Shown here: positions 9,568 through 19,792 of the stretch, one piece after another
Numbering within the stretch: the stretch's first letter is position 1
How the letters are laid out: each line of letters begins with the position of its first letter
Origin: Candidatus Microgenomates bacterium
GTDB lineage: Bacteria; Patescibacteriota; Microgenomatia; JACQLA01
Assembly: GCA_016204255.1 (NCBI GenBank)
Contig: JACQLA010000005.1
Location: forward strand, 68,339-132,338
Direction: 5' to 3'
DNA: 64,000 nucleotides
Notes under the pieces: model-generated
The model's database searches: none
The model's input: only the letters and a program-made list of their open reading frames with translations
Told to the model about the DNA's origin: nothing
Made by a program: the position numbers and the translations under genes

Positions 9568-10464
9568 TTAAGAGAAGTCAGAGCTCTTATAGACCTTGGG
9601 CTTAAACCAATCTGATGGTGTAGTAGGCTCTTCCTTTTGATCCTCGGTTCTATTAATTTTGGGCAAAGAAGAATTTTGTATTCCAATGTTTTTGGCCTGG
9701 CGGTGTTGCTCTATGATAGGAGCACGCTTATTAACCCCGCTTCTTTTGCCACCGGCGCGTAAACAGGCAGCTGCGGCCTCAAAGGCCTCAGTTGAAGCCA
9801 AAGGCGAAGCAAACCCTTGAGTGGCAAAATCAATGCCCATCAAAAGGTTTGTCGCTATATCCGCGTCAAGACCAATTCCTAAGCTTTTTAGCAACCAAAC
9901 TACGATCTCGCTTGTTGAAGAAGCGTAGGGATGGAAAAAATTGACTACACCGTATTGCTTATTCTCAGGATTATGATCGATAACGACCACCGGGCGATTA
10001 GCAAATAGAGCCTGTTCTTCTCGATAAAAGGAGCCCAAATCGGCCAGATCGGCGGTAGATATAATGAAAATCAGGTCAGCGTCAACACCCTGGTAAGAAA
10101 ACTTAACTTTATCTTGAGAAAGAAGCCTAGTCTCATTGCGAGTCTGGATAACAAGATTAAATCTATCACCTTCGATATTATAACTGACTTTTTCGATTGA
10201 ACCTTCCGTGTAGGGAAAAGAAACAACCAGGTTTTTATTCCCTAAAGCATCTTTAAGCTTATTGATTCCGATTAAATTACCAAATTCGACAGTCGGCGCT
10301 TTGGGACAAGCCACAGAAACTGTTTTTCCCATCTTTCCTAAGGCCAAAAAAAGGCCCAAGCTGGCACCTAGACTATCAAGGCTGGGATTTTGCCCAGTAA
10401 GAATTAAAATATTCTGAGCTGAGGCCAATAGTGGCTGTAATTTTTCAATAGTATCCTGTTTCAT
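9568..10464 (-). CDS. DHH/DHHA1-family (NrnA-like) protein with degenerate catalytic motifs
   Basis: It has the DHH-family layout, but motif I is NPSLDS (expected PDGD), motif III is IDHN (expected DHH), and the DHHA1 motif is AGGKRSG (expected GGGH). It is located between infB and rpsO. Confidence 0.65.
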   Translation of the reverse strand: MKQDTIEKLQPLLASAQNILILTGQNPSLDSLGASLGLFLALGKMGKTVSVACPKAPTVEFGNLIGINKLKDALGNKNLVVSFPYTEGSIEKVSYNIEGDRFNLVIQTRNETRLLSQDKVKFSYQGVDADLIFIISTADLADLGSFYREEQALFANRPVVVIDHNPENKQYGVVNFFHPYASSTSEIVVWLLKSLGIGLDADIATNLLMGIDFATQGFASPLASTEAFEAAAACLRAGGKRSGVNKRAPIIEQHRQAKNIGIQNSSLPKINRTEDQKEEPTTPSDWFKPKVYKSSDFS

Positions 10465-10546
10465 AATAAAAAAGTCTGTTCCAAGACTTTTAAGTCGCAG
10501 TAACTGCGACTTAAAATGCGAAATTCATTTCGCTGCTGAGTTATTG

Positions 10547-11980
10547 CTATGACTTATAGGATATTAACACATCTCCGGTTTGAAAGTCAAGTGGAGAAGT
10601 CAAAAGAACCCCGCACTCCTTCCCGATTTCAGCCTTAGTAATTTCTTCTTTTAGATGTTTTAGCGATCGGATTTTACTCCGCCCGATCTCCTCCTCTAGG
10701 CGCAAAATTTTGACGCTGTCGCCTCGCGCCAATCTGCCTTCAACAACTCGACAACCGGCCACTGTTTCTTGCTCAAAAGGGAATTGGGCAATAATCTTAG
10801 CTTTCCCCATGATCTCCTCACTAATAATTTTTACTGCGCCTGTAATTAGTTTATTAAGTTCATCCAATAGCTCATAAATAAGTCTAAAAGTTTTTATCTT
10901 CACGCCTTCCACCTCGGCAAGCTTCAAAATATTGGCTGAGAGTTTGAGATTAAATCCTATAATAATTGATCGGCTGGTTTTTGCCAAAAGAACGTCTGAC
11001 TCGGAAATTTCACCGACTCCTTTGTTAATAATTTCTAACCCCGGCGGCAAAGAGTTGAAAACGGCCTCTAAGGAACCTGCCACATCGGCCTTTAAAATAA
11101 TCCTTATTTTTTTCTCAACCTCGTCTCCAGTCGGTTTACTGGCCCCTGCCTGCTCAAAATCAGATACTTCACCCACGGGTGGAACCTGCTTTAAACCAAG
11201 GATCTCAACCGGTTGGGAAGGCCCAGCCTCCGCAACTCTTCTCCCGGTGTCGTCGATCAAGGCCCGCACTTTACTTTTAACTCCGGCCAAAGAAATCATG
11301 TCGCCCACGCGAAGGATCCCGTTTTGAACAATCACGGTGGCCACCGGCCCTTTGGCTTTGTCAAGCTTCGCTTCCACAACGGCCAATTTCAATTCCCCGG
11401 TAAAATCTGCTTTTAATTCGGCCATTTCTGCAACCAGAAGAATCATTTCTAAAAGATCTTCAATTCCTTGTCCTGTTTTGGCGGAAACATTCACGCAAAC
11501 TACATCGCCACCTAATCCTTCAGGCAAAATCCCCTCTTCAGCCAGTTGTTTTTTAACACGCTCGGGATTGGCTGTCGGCAGGTCGATTTTATTTAAGACC
11601 ACAATCATTGGAACCTTTGCTTCCTGAATATGTCTAATCGATTCTTTAGTTTGGGGTTTTACTCCCTCGTCAGCCGAAACAACTAAAATGGCTAAATCGG
11701 TAACTTTTGCTCCCCGCGCCCGCATTTTTATGAAAGCCTCATGTCCGGGCGTATCAATGAAGGTTATTTTTTTTCTTTTGCCGACAGGGCCGACTTCTAC
11801 CTGATAAGCACCGATGCTTTGAGTGATCTGTCCGACTTCTTTTTGGGCGATTTTTGTGCGGCGAATAGTGTCTAAAAGGGTTGTTTTCCCATGATCAACA
11901 TGACCCATAACTACCACTACTGGGGGCCGACTTGCAAATTGATTTTTATTTTCACTGCTGGAAAGTTTATTTTTAACCAT
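10547..11980 (-). CDS. infB: translation initiation factor IF-2 (short form)
   Basis: The G-domain motifs [17 protein letters not shown] and NKID are present. The protein is 477 aa and lacks the long N-terminal region. Confidence 0.95.
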   Translation of the reverse strand: MVKNKLSSSENKNQFASRPPVVVVMGHVDHGKTTLLDTIRRTKIAQKEVGQITQSIGAYQVEVGPVGKRKKITFIDTPGHEAFIKMRARGAKVTDLAILVVSADEGVKPQTKESIRHIQEAKVPMIVVLNKIDLPTANPERVKKQLAEEGILPEGLGGDVVCVNVSAKTGQGIEDLLEMILLVAEMAELKADFTGELKLAVVEAKLDKAKGPVATVIVQNGILRVGDMISLAGVKSKVRALIDDTGRRVAEAGPSQPVEILGLKQVPPVGEVSDFEQAGASKPTGDEVEKKIRIILKADVAGSLEAVFNSLPPGLEIINKGVGEISESDVLLAKTSRSIIIGFNLKLSANILKLAEVEGVKIKTFRLIYELLDELNKLITGAVKIISEEIMGKAKIIAQFPFEQETVAGCRVVEGRLARGDSVKILRLEEEIGRSKIRSLKHLKEEITKAEIGKECGVLLTSPLDFQTGDVLISYKS

Positions 11981-12032
11981 AGCTTTTATGGCAATTTAAA
12001 TGGGCGCAAGAGTGCTACAGAAAAGAAGTGGG

Positions 12033-13115
12033 CTATTCCTTTTTAGCTTTTGTTTTCTTTTGTGTCTTTTTTTTGGCCGAAGTTTTTTCTTTGGTAGATT
12101 TTTCAGTTTTTTTGGTTGTTTTAGTTTTAGCGGAGGCCTTTTTCTTTTCCTCTTCGGCTTGAGTTTTCCCCTTGATATCAATTTTCCAGCCCGTTAGCTT
12201 AACGGCTAAACGTACATTTTGGCCTTCTTTACCAATAGCCAGAGAAAGTTGATCATCTGCGATGATTGCTTCAGCCGTTTTTTCCTCTTCCTGAAGAACA
12301 ATCTCTATATCTTTAGCGGGTGAAAGAGCATAGGCGATAAATTTAGCTACATCCTCGCTCCACTGGATAATATCAATTTTTTCCATCCCACCCAACTCAT
12401 TAATTACCGTTTGCACTCTTACACCCTTTTGCCCGACACAGGCTCCCACCGGATCAACTCCGCGTTGAGTAGAAAAAACCGCCACTTTCGAATGACTACC
12501 AGCTTCCCGGGAAATTTCTTTAATCTCCACAGCTCCGTTTTGGATCTCCGGCACTTCCCGGCGAAAAAGACCAGACACTAAACCCTTGTGGGCGCGGGAG
12601 ACAATAATTTCTGACCCCCTCATCGTCTGCTTAATTTCGACAATATAGAAGGTTAATCGCTGATTCAAGTGGTAATGTTCGTTTGGAACCTGTTCATGGG
12701 GCGGCATCACACCTTCGCCCCTACCGATATCGACAATAATATTGGCCCCATCAAAACGTAGAACACGACCGTTTACCGCAGTCCCGACCTTGCGGCTATA
12801 ATCCGATAGAATAGCTGTTTTTTCCGCCTCTTTAACTCTTTGCAGGATAACTTGCTTAGCAGTTTGGGCAGCAATCCGGCCAAAACCGGGAGGAGTTACG
12901 TCCTTACCTTTATGTAAAATATGAACTTCGCCATTTTCCGCGTTTAGATCCACTTCGTATTCCTCAATATTCTCTGCCTCCACGGGCTTTTCCTTGCGGT
13001 AGGCAGTCAAAATTGCCGCCTTAACGCTTTCCAAAACCACATCCGGTTCAATTCCCCGTTCGGCGCATACCTGATTTAGGGCTAAAACGAATTCTGATCG
13101 AACAATTGCTGGCAT
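12033..13115 (-). CDS. nusA: transcription termination/antitermination factor NusA
   Basis: It has an N-terminal domain, an S1 domain and two KH domains. The C-terminus is a Lys-rich tail rather than acidic repeats. It sits upstream of infB. Confidence 0.94.
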   Translation of the reverse strand: MPAIVRSEFVLALNQVCAERGIEPDVVLESVKAAILTAYRKEKPVEAENIEEYEVDLNAENGEVHILHKGKDVTPPGFGRIAAQTAKQVILQRVKEAEKTAILSDYSRKVGTAVNGRVLRFDGANIIVDIGRGEGVMPPHEQVPNEHYHLNQRLTFYIVEIKQTMRGSEIIVSRAHKGLVSGLFRREVPEIQNGAVEIKEISREAGSHSKVAVFSTQRGVDPVGACVGQKGVRVQTVINELGGMEKIDIIQWSEDVAKFIAYALSPAKDIEIVLQEEEKTAEAIIADDQLSLAIGKEGQNVRLAVKLTGWKIDIKGKTQAEEEKKKASAKTKTTKKTEKSTKEKTSAKKKTQKKTKAKKE

Positions 13116-13307
13116 CTTTTTTACCTCTTTTTACAAAAAATGGCGGGGTTTCCTCCCACCAATCGCCTTTTTTCTTAATTCTTAATCTTGTCTTTAAGCA
13201 TCAAAAGTATACCACTTTTCCCCAAATAGTCAACCTTTCGAAGTTGACTTTTTCCCCTGTTAACTCTACTCTAAAATTAGACCATGATGGAAAGGGGGTG
13301 ATAAAAA

Positions 13308-13514
13308 ATGAAAATGTTGCATTTTATTACTTTTACCCTTGTCGTTATCGGCGGCATAAACTGGGGGCTGATTGGCCTTTCAAATCTTAATCTAATTAAT
13401 TCGATCTTTGCCTCGGCACCCAGTCTTGAAAAAATAGTCTATATTCTAGTGGGCATTTCAGCTTTATATCTGATTCTCACCCACAAGAACGATTGTAAAA
13501 TTTGTGGTAAATAA
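13308..13514 (+). CDS. DUF378 small membrane protein
   Basis: It carries the GGINWGLIG signature and two TM helices. A strong SD sequence (aagggggtga) lies 6 nt upstream of the ATG. Confidence 0.75.
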   Translation: MKMLHFITFTLVVIGGINWGLIGLSNLNLINSIFASAPSLEKIVYILVGISALYLILTHKNDCKICGK

Positions 13515-13665
13515 AACCACGGTTCTAAGATAAAAATAGATTATAACGGCGTTTTCCATTCTTACTTTTAACAAAGCGGGAAATAAATTTTTTTCCAAAA
13601 TTTCTTCTTTTAATTCCCTGTGTTTCTCGTACAACTCCAAAGTGATAAAATAAATAAAATTAACA

Positions 13666-14019
13666 ATGACTACAATTAAAAATCTGCAGAAAGAGGTTTT
13701 GAAGTTTCGTAATGAGCGGGATTGGGCTCAATTTCACAACCCAAAGGATAGCGCCATAGCGATGGTTTCTGAGGCGGTTGAAGTTCTGGACCATTTTAAA
13801 TGGAAAAACGAGCGTGAAATTCAAACATTTTTGGCAAAAAACAAAAAGAAAGTTGGGGATGAGCTGGCGGACGTTTTTTTCTGGGTTTTACTTATGAGCT
13901 ACGATTTGGGAATTGATCTGATCAGCGCTTTCCGAGAAAAAATGAAAGAAAACGCTCAAAAATATCCAATTGAAAGAGCGAAAGGTTCAAATATTAAATA
14001 CACGGAGTTCGAAAAATAA
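13666..14019 (+). CDS. MazG-like nucleotide pyrophosphohydrolase (dCTPase-like)
   Basis: The motifs FRNERDWAQFHNPKD, EAVEVLDHF and ELADVFFWVLL are typical of the all-alpha NTP-PPase family. Confidence 0.8.
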   Translation: MTTIKNLQKEVLKFRNERDWAQFHNPKDSAIAMVSEAVEVLDHFKWKNEREIQTFLAKNKKKVGDELADVFFWVLLMSYDLGIDLISAFREKMKENAQKYPIERAKGSNIKYTEFEK

Positions 14020-14023
14020 GTTT

Positions 14024-14797
14024 TTAAGATCTGAGGCAAAAATAGCTGCCGATACCGGAAAGCTCGGCAAGCGTGAGAAATGGCGAATAAAAGGCTGAGG
14101 CCGAGCCTCCATCAAGGTTTTGGGCTTCGGTAAATTCAACCCCAATATTTTTCTCAAAATCAGTAAGCACGCCTGGTAATTTAGCCAAAAATGGCCCCTC
14201 AAAGAGGGAATCTCTGTTGTAAAAGACTACAAAATAAGCTTCATTTTTATCGTCAATCGCAACAACAATCCGTCGCGCCGCCTCATCAGCGATTATTTGC
14301 AATTTCTGCTCCTCCCTGTCGCTTTTAAGAATTGGTCCTGATTGCAAAGCCAATCTTACGTTTGGGGGAGAAAAAAGCATGATAGCGGCGCGCCCATTTT
14401 TATCGATACTAAAAACTCCATCGAAAAGTCGACTAGCAATTCTTTCTTTGATTATTTCGCCTTCGCTTACAAATAAACCCACCGGCTCATTTTCTTTAGT
14501 ATAAAAACCAGCGCTAATAAGACTTTGACAATCTTTTTCCTGAAATAATTTTTGAGCGCTTAATTTTTCTTTAAAATTGGGGTAAAGAAAAATATTTTCC
14601 GTATCGGAAGCCTTCACCCAGCTTGCCCGAAACTGCTGCCCACCGCTTTCAAAATCTATCACTTGATCCTGCTTTATCGGTGTCAAAGTCGGCGTCGGCG
14701 AAACAACAATGTCAGTTGCGACGAAAGATGGCTTGAATATAAAAAAGAAGGATAGAATTAAAGCCAAACTGCCTGAAAAAATAATTTTTTTCACCAA
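14024..14797 (-). CDS. phosphodiester glycosidase family (DUF2233) protein, membrane anchored
   Basis: It has an N-terminal TM/signal anchor and the C-terminal motif NLDGGSASAF, which is typical of DUF2233/NAGPA-like proteins. Confidence 0.65.
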   Translation of the reverse strand: MVKKIIFSGSLALILSFFFIFKPSFVATDIVVSPTPTLTPIKQDQVIDFESGGQQFRASWVKASDTENIFLYPNFKEKLSAQKLFQEKDCQSLISAGFYTKENEPVGLFVSEGEIIKERIASRLFDGVFSIDKNGRAAIMLFSPPNVRLALQSGPILKSDREEQKLQIIADEAARRIVVAIDDKNEAYFVVFYNRDSLFEGPFLAKLPGVLTDFEKNIGVEFTEAQNLDGGSASAFYSPFLTLAELSGIGSYFCLRS

Positions 14798-14910
14798 TCT
14801 TATTATACTATGCTTCTGATAATCATCCTCTTAAGCACTTCTATATATTAATTAAAATATTACATGCTTCTTACTCAAGATTAATAAAAAGATTCTATTA
14901 TGAAAATGTT

Positions 14911-15354
14911 ATGAAAATAATAATTCTTCTTTTAAGTTTTTTCCTTTTTCTCACCGCTCCAGAAATAGCTTTTGCTCAAAACAACACCGAAGAAAAACTT
15001 ATAACCGTAGATATAGACAAACAGATGCTTTATGCCTGGGAAAACGGCCGGGTGGTTAACCAATCGCTTGTTTCCACCGGGCTTATCCGGACACCAACGG
15101 TTAAGGGCAGTTTCCAAATCTATCGGAAAATTCCCTCTCAGGCAATGCGCGGATACTCTCTGGTAAACGGCTGGTATTACCACCCGAATGTACCCAGCGT
15201 TATGTATTTTTATAAAGCCTATGCCATCCACGGCGCCTATTGGCACAACAACTTCGGCCAACGAATGAGTAACGGCTGCGTCAATTTGCCCCTACCGTTT
15301 GCCCAATGGCTGTTTAACTGGGCCCCAAATGGAACCAGGGTCGAAATTTCCTAA
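14911..15354 (+). CDS. L,D-transpeptidase (YkuD domain)
   Basis: It has a signal peptide and the catalytic motif IHGAYWHNNFGQRMSNGCVNL (H...SxGC). Confidence 0.85.
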   Translation: MKIIILLLSFFLFLTAPEIAFAQNNTEEKLITVDIDKQMLYAWENGRVVNQSLVSTGLIRTPTVKGSFQIYRKIPSQAMRGYSLVNGWYYHPNVPSVMYFYKAYAIHGAYWHNNFGQRMSNGCVNLPLPFAQWLFNWAPNGTRVEIS

Positions 15355-15402
15355 TCTCACTTCTATAAGATAGAGCTTAATAATCCCATTAGCTTTACTA
15401 AT

Positions 15403-15413
15403 TGTGTTATAAT
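15403..15413 (+). promoter_or_regulatory. extended -10 box (TGtTATAAT) 7 nt upstream of the ATG at 15421
   Basis: The sequence tgtgttataat ends at 15413, and the ATG is at 15421 with no SD sequence between them. Confidence 0.45.
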
Positions 15414-15420
15414 AAATACT

Positions 15421-15858
15421 ATGGGGAATGAAATTAGCTCCGATTCCAGAGAAGCATATCGCTATTTTAGATCCACTTTAAGAAGAACGGGTAATTTCTG
15501 CAGTCAGCACGGAATTGCTCGGAAGCAATTTGATGTATTTGTTGCCGCTGCTAATCAAACATCTATAAATCAAGGCGAAGATATTCCTTCTGATGAATCA
15601 GTCTTAAATTCTAATGAGCAGGCGGTTCGGGGTCTCGTCTTTCAAATGCGTCAAGAATTGCATTGCGGCCTAAAAAAAGGAAGCATAATACCAAGACACG
15701 CGAGAAAAGCAGCAAGTGCCTGGGGCTTAAGATTAGATTCCTGGGCAAAAGGAAAAAAACAGAAACGAGAAATTCCCTCATTAAGAAATTCTACAGAAAT
15801 GGGCTTTCTCAGACCACTTTACCCAAAAAACCTAAGACTTAAAATTAGAACAAGATAA
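15421..15858 (+). CDS. hypothetical basic protein (145 aa)
   Basis: ORF from the track with an ATG start directly behind a good -10 box. I recognise no motif. Confidence 0.45.
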   Translation: MGNEISSDSREAYRYFRSTLRRTGNFCSQHGIARKQFDVFVAAANQTSINQGEDIPSDESVLNSNEQAVRGLVFQMRQELHCGLKKGSIIPRHARKAASAWGLRLDSWAKGKKQKREIPSLRNSTEMGFLRPLYPKNLRLKIRTR

Positions 15859-15934
15859 CCCATTTAAAACTTTTATCAGCCTAAAATTCAGCTCTTTACG
15901 GTAATGACATTTCCTTGTATAATTTGAGAAGAAA

Positions 15935-16372
15935 ATGGCCAAGTTTATTTTAGGTATCGCAATAGTTATAGTCTTGGGAGGAGGAGCATTTTTTATGCTA
16001 AACCAACAAGCCCAACAAACCTCCCCCACTCCTGCTTCTGAAATAGAAGTAACGCCAACTGCAAACATAACAATTACTTCTCCAACCCCAGCTGCTGAAA
16101 CGACTAATTCTACAATTAAAATAACCAGCGCTGGGTTTGAGCCAAAAAATTTAACAGTTAAAGTGGGTGCGCGAGTAACCTGGGTAAATAGCAGCGGAAG
16201 TTTGACAAATATTTCTTCAGCTACACATCCAACCCATCAAGTTTATCCACCACTAAACTTGGGTAATCTGCCGGATGGACAATCTGTTTCTTTGGTCTTT
16301 GACAAGTCCGGTTCGTATACTTACCATGACCACCTAAACCCGAATAAAACCGGCGTGATAGTGGTCGAATAA
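15935..16372 (+). CDS. cupredoxin-like domain protein, membrane anchored
   Basis: An N-terminal TM helix and a Thr/Pro linker are followed by a beta-sandwich segment (FEPKNLTVKVGARVTWVN...YTYHDHLNPNKTGVIVV) that resembles plastocyanin/EfeO-type cupredoxins. Confidence 0.6.
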   Translation: MAKFILGIAIVIVLGGGAFFMLNQQAQQTSPTPASEIEVTPTANITITSPTPAAETTNSTIKITSAGFEPKNLTVKVGARVTWVNSSGSLTNISSATHPTHQVYPPLNLGNLPDGQSVSLVFDKSGSYTYHDHLNPNKTGVIVVE

Positions 16373-16373
16373 A

Positions 16374-17279
16374 TTAAAACCAACCGCTTCCCTTTTTGTT
16401 TTTATTCAATTCTTCAAATTCTTTAAGCAGCTCTTTCTGCTCACGACTAATTTTTTGGGGCACCTCAACAAGAATACGTACATATTGATCACCACGGCCG
16501 CTACTACGCAAATGAGGAACTCCTTTTCCCCGTAATCTTACCAATGAGCCGGGCTGGGTACCAGCCTTGATGTTTAATTTCAGTGGGCCATCGATGGTGG
16601 GTATGGACACCACCGCTCCCAAAACTGCCTGGACAAAACTGATAGGAAATTCGATGACCAGGTCATCTCCCTGACGATGAAAAACCTTATCCGGGCGCAC
16701 ATCCAAAACAAGATCAAATTCTTCAAATCTGATCCTTGAGCCATCAAGGACTCCGGCGGGAATCTTAATTCTCTTTCTTTTACCAGCAACCTCGACTTCT
16801 TTCTCCGCTCCTTTAACCGCCTCTATAAAATCAAGGGTCAAGGAATAAGCTGGTTTTCTTTGCCGCCGGCCAAAAGGTGAGCCGCCAAAAAATTGTTCAA
16901 AGATTTCAAACGGATCAGAAAATCCTCCAAAGTCAAAATCACCTTGACCCCCTTCTCCACCGGAAGTATAGTAAGTATAAGAAAACGGCCCCTGTCGATA
17001 AGTTCGGCCCTGATCAAACCCTCCAAAAGGTCCGCCAGCCCCTCCCGCGCCACCCTGGGTAAAGGCGGTATGTCCAAACTGGTCGTAAGCTGCTTTTTTC
17101 TCCGGATTGGATAAAATCTCGTAGGCTTCATTTATTTCTTTAAATTTTTCGTGGGCATCGGAAGCTTTATTATGATCCGGATGATACTCAAGAGCCATTT
17201 TCCGATAGGCTCTTTTCAATTCTTCAGGGCTTGCGTTTTTATTAACACCCAAAATTTGATAGTAATCACGCTTATCCAT
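16374..17279 (-). CDS. dnaJ: DnaJ-family co-chaperone lacking the CxxCxGxG zinc finger (class II-like)
   Basis: It has a J domain (DYYQILGV...HPDHN), a G/F-rich region and C-terminal substrate-binding domains. No cysteine repeats are present. Confidence 0.9.
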   Translation of the reverse strand: MDKRDYYQILGVNKNASPEELKRAYRKMALEYHPDHNKASDAHEKFKEINEAYEILSNPEKKAAYDQFGHTAFTQGGAGGAGGPFGGFDQGRTYRQGPFSYTYYTSGGEGGQGDFDFGGFSDPFEIFEQFFGGSPFGRRQRKPAYSLTLDFIEAVKGAEKEVEVAGKRKRIKIPAGVLDGSRIRFEEFDLVLDVRPDKVFHRQGDDLVIEFPISFVQAVLGAVVSIPTIDGPLKLNIKAGTQPGSLVRLRGKGVPHLRSSGRGDQYVRILVEVPQKISREQKELLKEFEELNKNKKGSGWF

Positions 17280-17307
17280 ATGTATTTACATGTATTCTAC
17301 CACCAAA

Positions 17308-17328
17308 TGGGCCGCCATTGGCGGCCCA
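17308..17328 (-). other. GC-rich stem-loop between dnaK and dnaJ
   Basis: The sequence tgggccgcc-att-ggcggccca forms a perfect 9-bp stem in an otherwise AT-rich spacer. It could act as a processing, attenuation or stability element inside the operon. Confidence 0.5.
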
Positions 17329-17354
17329 AATTTATTTTTTCTTTTTAAAAAAGG

Positions 17355-19274
17355 TTAACCTACGACTTCACCCTCTTCGATCTTTTCTTCAGCCTTTTTC
17401 CCGGTTTTTGTTCCGTTTCCCTCTGCCTCAGCCTGAGCTGTTTCTCCTGGCTGCGGACTAGTAGTATCTTGAGCTGAATCGGCTGAAGTATACATGGCCT
17501 GCCCCACTTTTTGTAAAGAATCAGAAAGATCTTTGGTCTTGGCCTCTAAATCTTCCTTTGTACCGGTTTCCAGAACGGCTTTTAGGGCAGCTACCTTCTC
17601 TTCAACTTCACTTTTGATTTCAGCCGGGACTTTATCGCCCCCCTCCCGCAGGGTTTTTTCGGCCGTAAAGATTAAATTATCGGCGGTATTTTTAGCCTCA
17701 ATCCTTTCTTTTTTGGCCTGATCTTCGCTAGCGTGAGCTTCCGCCTCTTTTGTCATCCGCTCCACTTCATCTTTACTCAAGCCGGTTGAACCGGTAATCT
17801 TAATACTTTGTTCCTTACCAGTTGCTTTATCCTTAGCTTTAACATTGAGAATGCCGGAGGCATCGATATCAAAGGTCACCTCAATCTGAGGAATACCTCG
17901 CGGCGCCGGCGGAATCCCGTCTAAAATAAACCGGCCCAAGGATTTATTGTCAGCGGCCATCGGTCTTTCTCCCTGCAAAACATTTATTTCAACTGAGGTC
18001 TGGTTGTCAGCCGCGGTTGAAAAAATTTGTGACTTGCTCGTCGGAATAGTGGCATTTCTGGAAATAAGCGGTGTGGCCACCGCACCTAAAGTCTCGATCC
18101 CCAACGTTAACGGCGTCACGTCAAGCAGCAAGACGTCTTTAACCTCACCACCCAAAACTCCACCCTGAATAGCGGCCCCAATTGCTACAACTTCATCAGG
18201 GTTAACCCCTCGATGAGGCTCTTTGCCAAAAAACTTTTGAACGGCTTCCGCAATTTTGGGCATGCGCGTCATACCACCGACTAAAATTACTTCATTAATA
18301 TCGCCGACTTTCATCTTGGCATCTTTTAAGCAGGCCTCCACCGGTTTAATGGTTTTTTGAACCAACTCATCAACAATTTGTTCAAGCTTGGCCCGGGTTA
18401 GCTTCATAGTTAAATGCAGAGGGCCGGCGGATCCCTGAGTAATAAATGGTTGATTTATCTCTGTTTCCTGAGCAGAAGACAGTTCAATCTTTGCTTTCTC
18501 GGCTGCTTCCCGAAGTCTTTGAAGCGCTTGAGGATCTTTTTTTAAATCAACATTATTCTCTTTTTTGAATTCATCGGCAATATAATCGATGATTACTTTG
18601 TCAAAATCGTCTCCTCCCAAATGGGTGTCACCATTGGTGGCCTTTACTTCATAAACTCCCTCTCCTAGCTCTAAAATAGAGATGTCAAAAGTCCCGCCGC
18701 CTAAATCATAAACTGCCACCGTATGGGCCTGTTTTTTATCCAAGCCATAGGCTAAAGCGGCGGCTGTCGGCTCATTAATAATTCTTAAAACTTCCAAACC
18801 GGCAATTTCCCCAGCCTGTTTAGTGGCTTGTCTCTGAGAGTCGTCAAAATAGGCCGGAACGGTAATAACTGCTTGTGTGACTTTTGAACCGAGGTAAGTT
18901 TCGGCGTCGGCTTTAATTTTTTGCAAAGTCATAGCCGAAATTTCTTGGGGGGTAAATGTTCTTCCACCAACTTCAACAACTGCCATTCCCTCGCGGCCCG
19001 ATTTAATAGTATAAGGCAACCATTTCATATCGTGTTGCACCGAGGAGTCAGTGAATTTTCGTCCCATTAATCTTTTAATTGAAAAAATGGTTGATCTGGG
19101 ATTAACAACCATCTGGCGTTTAGCCACATCGCCGACAAGATGTTTAATAGGCTCAACAACCGAAGGAATAACGTTGCGGCCTTCGGCCGAATGAATAATT
19201 TTAGGGGTGCCACCTTCCATAACGGACATTGCCGAATTAGTGGTGCCTAAATCAATACCAATTATTTTTCCCAT
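17355..19274 (-). CDS. dnaK: molecular chaperone DnaK (Hsp70)
   Basis: The 639-aa protein contains [17 protein letters not shown] and other canonical Hsp70 motifs. Confidence 0.98.
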   Translation of the reverse strand: MGKIIGIDLGTTNSAMSVMEGGTPKIIHSAEGRNVIPSVVEPIKHLVGDVAKRQMVVNPRSTIFSIKRLMGRKFTDSSVQHDMKWLPYTIKSGREGMAVVEVGGRTFTPQEISAMTLQKIKADAETYLGSKVTQAVITVPAYFDDSQRQATKQAGEIAGLEVLRIINEPTAAALAYGLDKKQAHTVAVYDLGGGTFDISILELGEGVYEVKATNGDTHLGGDDFDKVIIDYIADEFKKENNVDLKKDPQALQRLREAAEKAKIELSSAQETEINQPFITQGSAGPLHLTMKLTRAKLEQIVDELVQKTIKPVEACLKDAKMKVGDINEVILVGGMTRMPKIAEAVQKFFGKEPHRGVNPDEVVAIGAAIQGGVLGGEVKDVLLLDVTPLTLGIETLGAVATPLISRNATIPTSKSQIFSTAADNQTSVEINVLQGERPMAADNKSLGRFILDGIPPAPRGIPQIEVTFDIDASGILNVKAKDKATGKEQSIKITGSTGLSKDEVERMTKEAEAHASEDQAKKERIEAKNTADNLIFTAEKTLREGGDKVPAEIKSEVEEKVAALKAVLETGTKEDLEAKTKDLSDSLQKVGQAMYTSADSAQDTTSPQPGETAQAEAEGNGTKTGKKAEEKIEEGEVVG

Positions 19275-19286
19275 AAAATCCTCCTT

Positions 19287-19787
19287 TTATATGTAGTCGC
19301 CCTTTTGTAGTTGATCAAGGGCTAGTTCTTCTGCTTTTTCTTCAACTTTTTTCTTTCCGACGTTGACTTGGGCATGTCGGATAACTTGATTATTTAATTT
19401 ATATCCAGCGCGAAATTCCTTTACAACCTTATTTTCCTCTTCCCCCGGCACTATTTCTATTGCCTCCATCTCTGCCGGGTCAAAAATTCTTCCCGAAGTC
19501 TCAATTTTTGACAAACCCTCCTTTTCCAAGACCTGATATAGGTGCCTTAGGGCCAAATTCAAACCCTCATCTTTTAGATGCTCGGCGGCTCTTTCAAAAT
19601 CGTCTAGGCAGGGCAAAATTTTTAAGACAATTTCCCCGGCCGCTGATTTGATTAATTTTTCTTTTTCTTCTTTTGCTCTTTTTTCTAAATTCTGATAGTC
19701 AGCCAGGGCTCTTTTCCATTTTTCTTCAAATTCTACCCTTTCCTCAGTAATTTTTTCATTTTTGTCGCTTCCCTTTTGTTTACCCAT
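19287..19787 (-). CDS. grpE: nucleotide exchange factor GrpE
   Basis: It has the GrpE coiled coil plus beta domain (ADYQNLEKRAKEE...FDPAEMEAI). I prefer the ATG at 19787, which is preceded by GGTGA, over the TTG at 19799. Confidence 0.92.
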   Translation of the reverse strand: MGKQKGSDKNEKITEERVEFEEKWKRALADYQNLEKRAKEEKEKLIKSAAGEIVLKILPCLDDFERAAEHLKDEGLNLALRHLYQVLEKEGLSKIETSGRIFDPAEMEAIEIVPGEEENKVVKEFRAGYKLNNQVIRHAQVNVGKKKVEEKAEELALDQLQKGDYI

Positions 19788-19792
19788 TTTAA

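Noticed and set aside
11996-12197. Two ~60-aa ORFs (a K/R-rich one on the minus strand and an F/L-rich one on the plus strand) at the nusA 3' end.
   Set aside because: Both are frame artefacts of the AAG/AAA-rich sequence that encodes the Lys-rich NusA tail.
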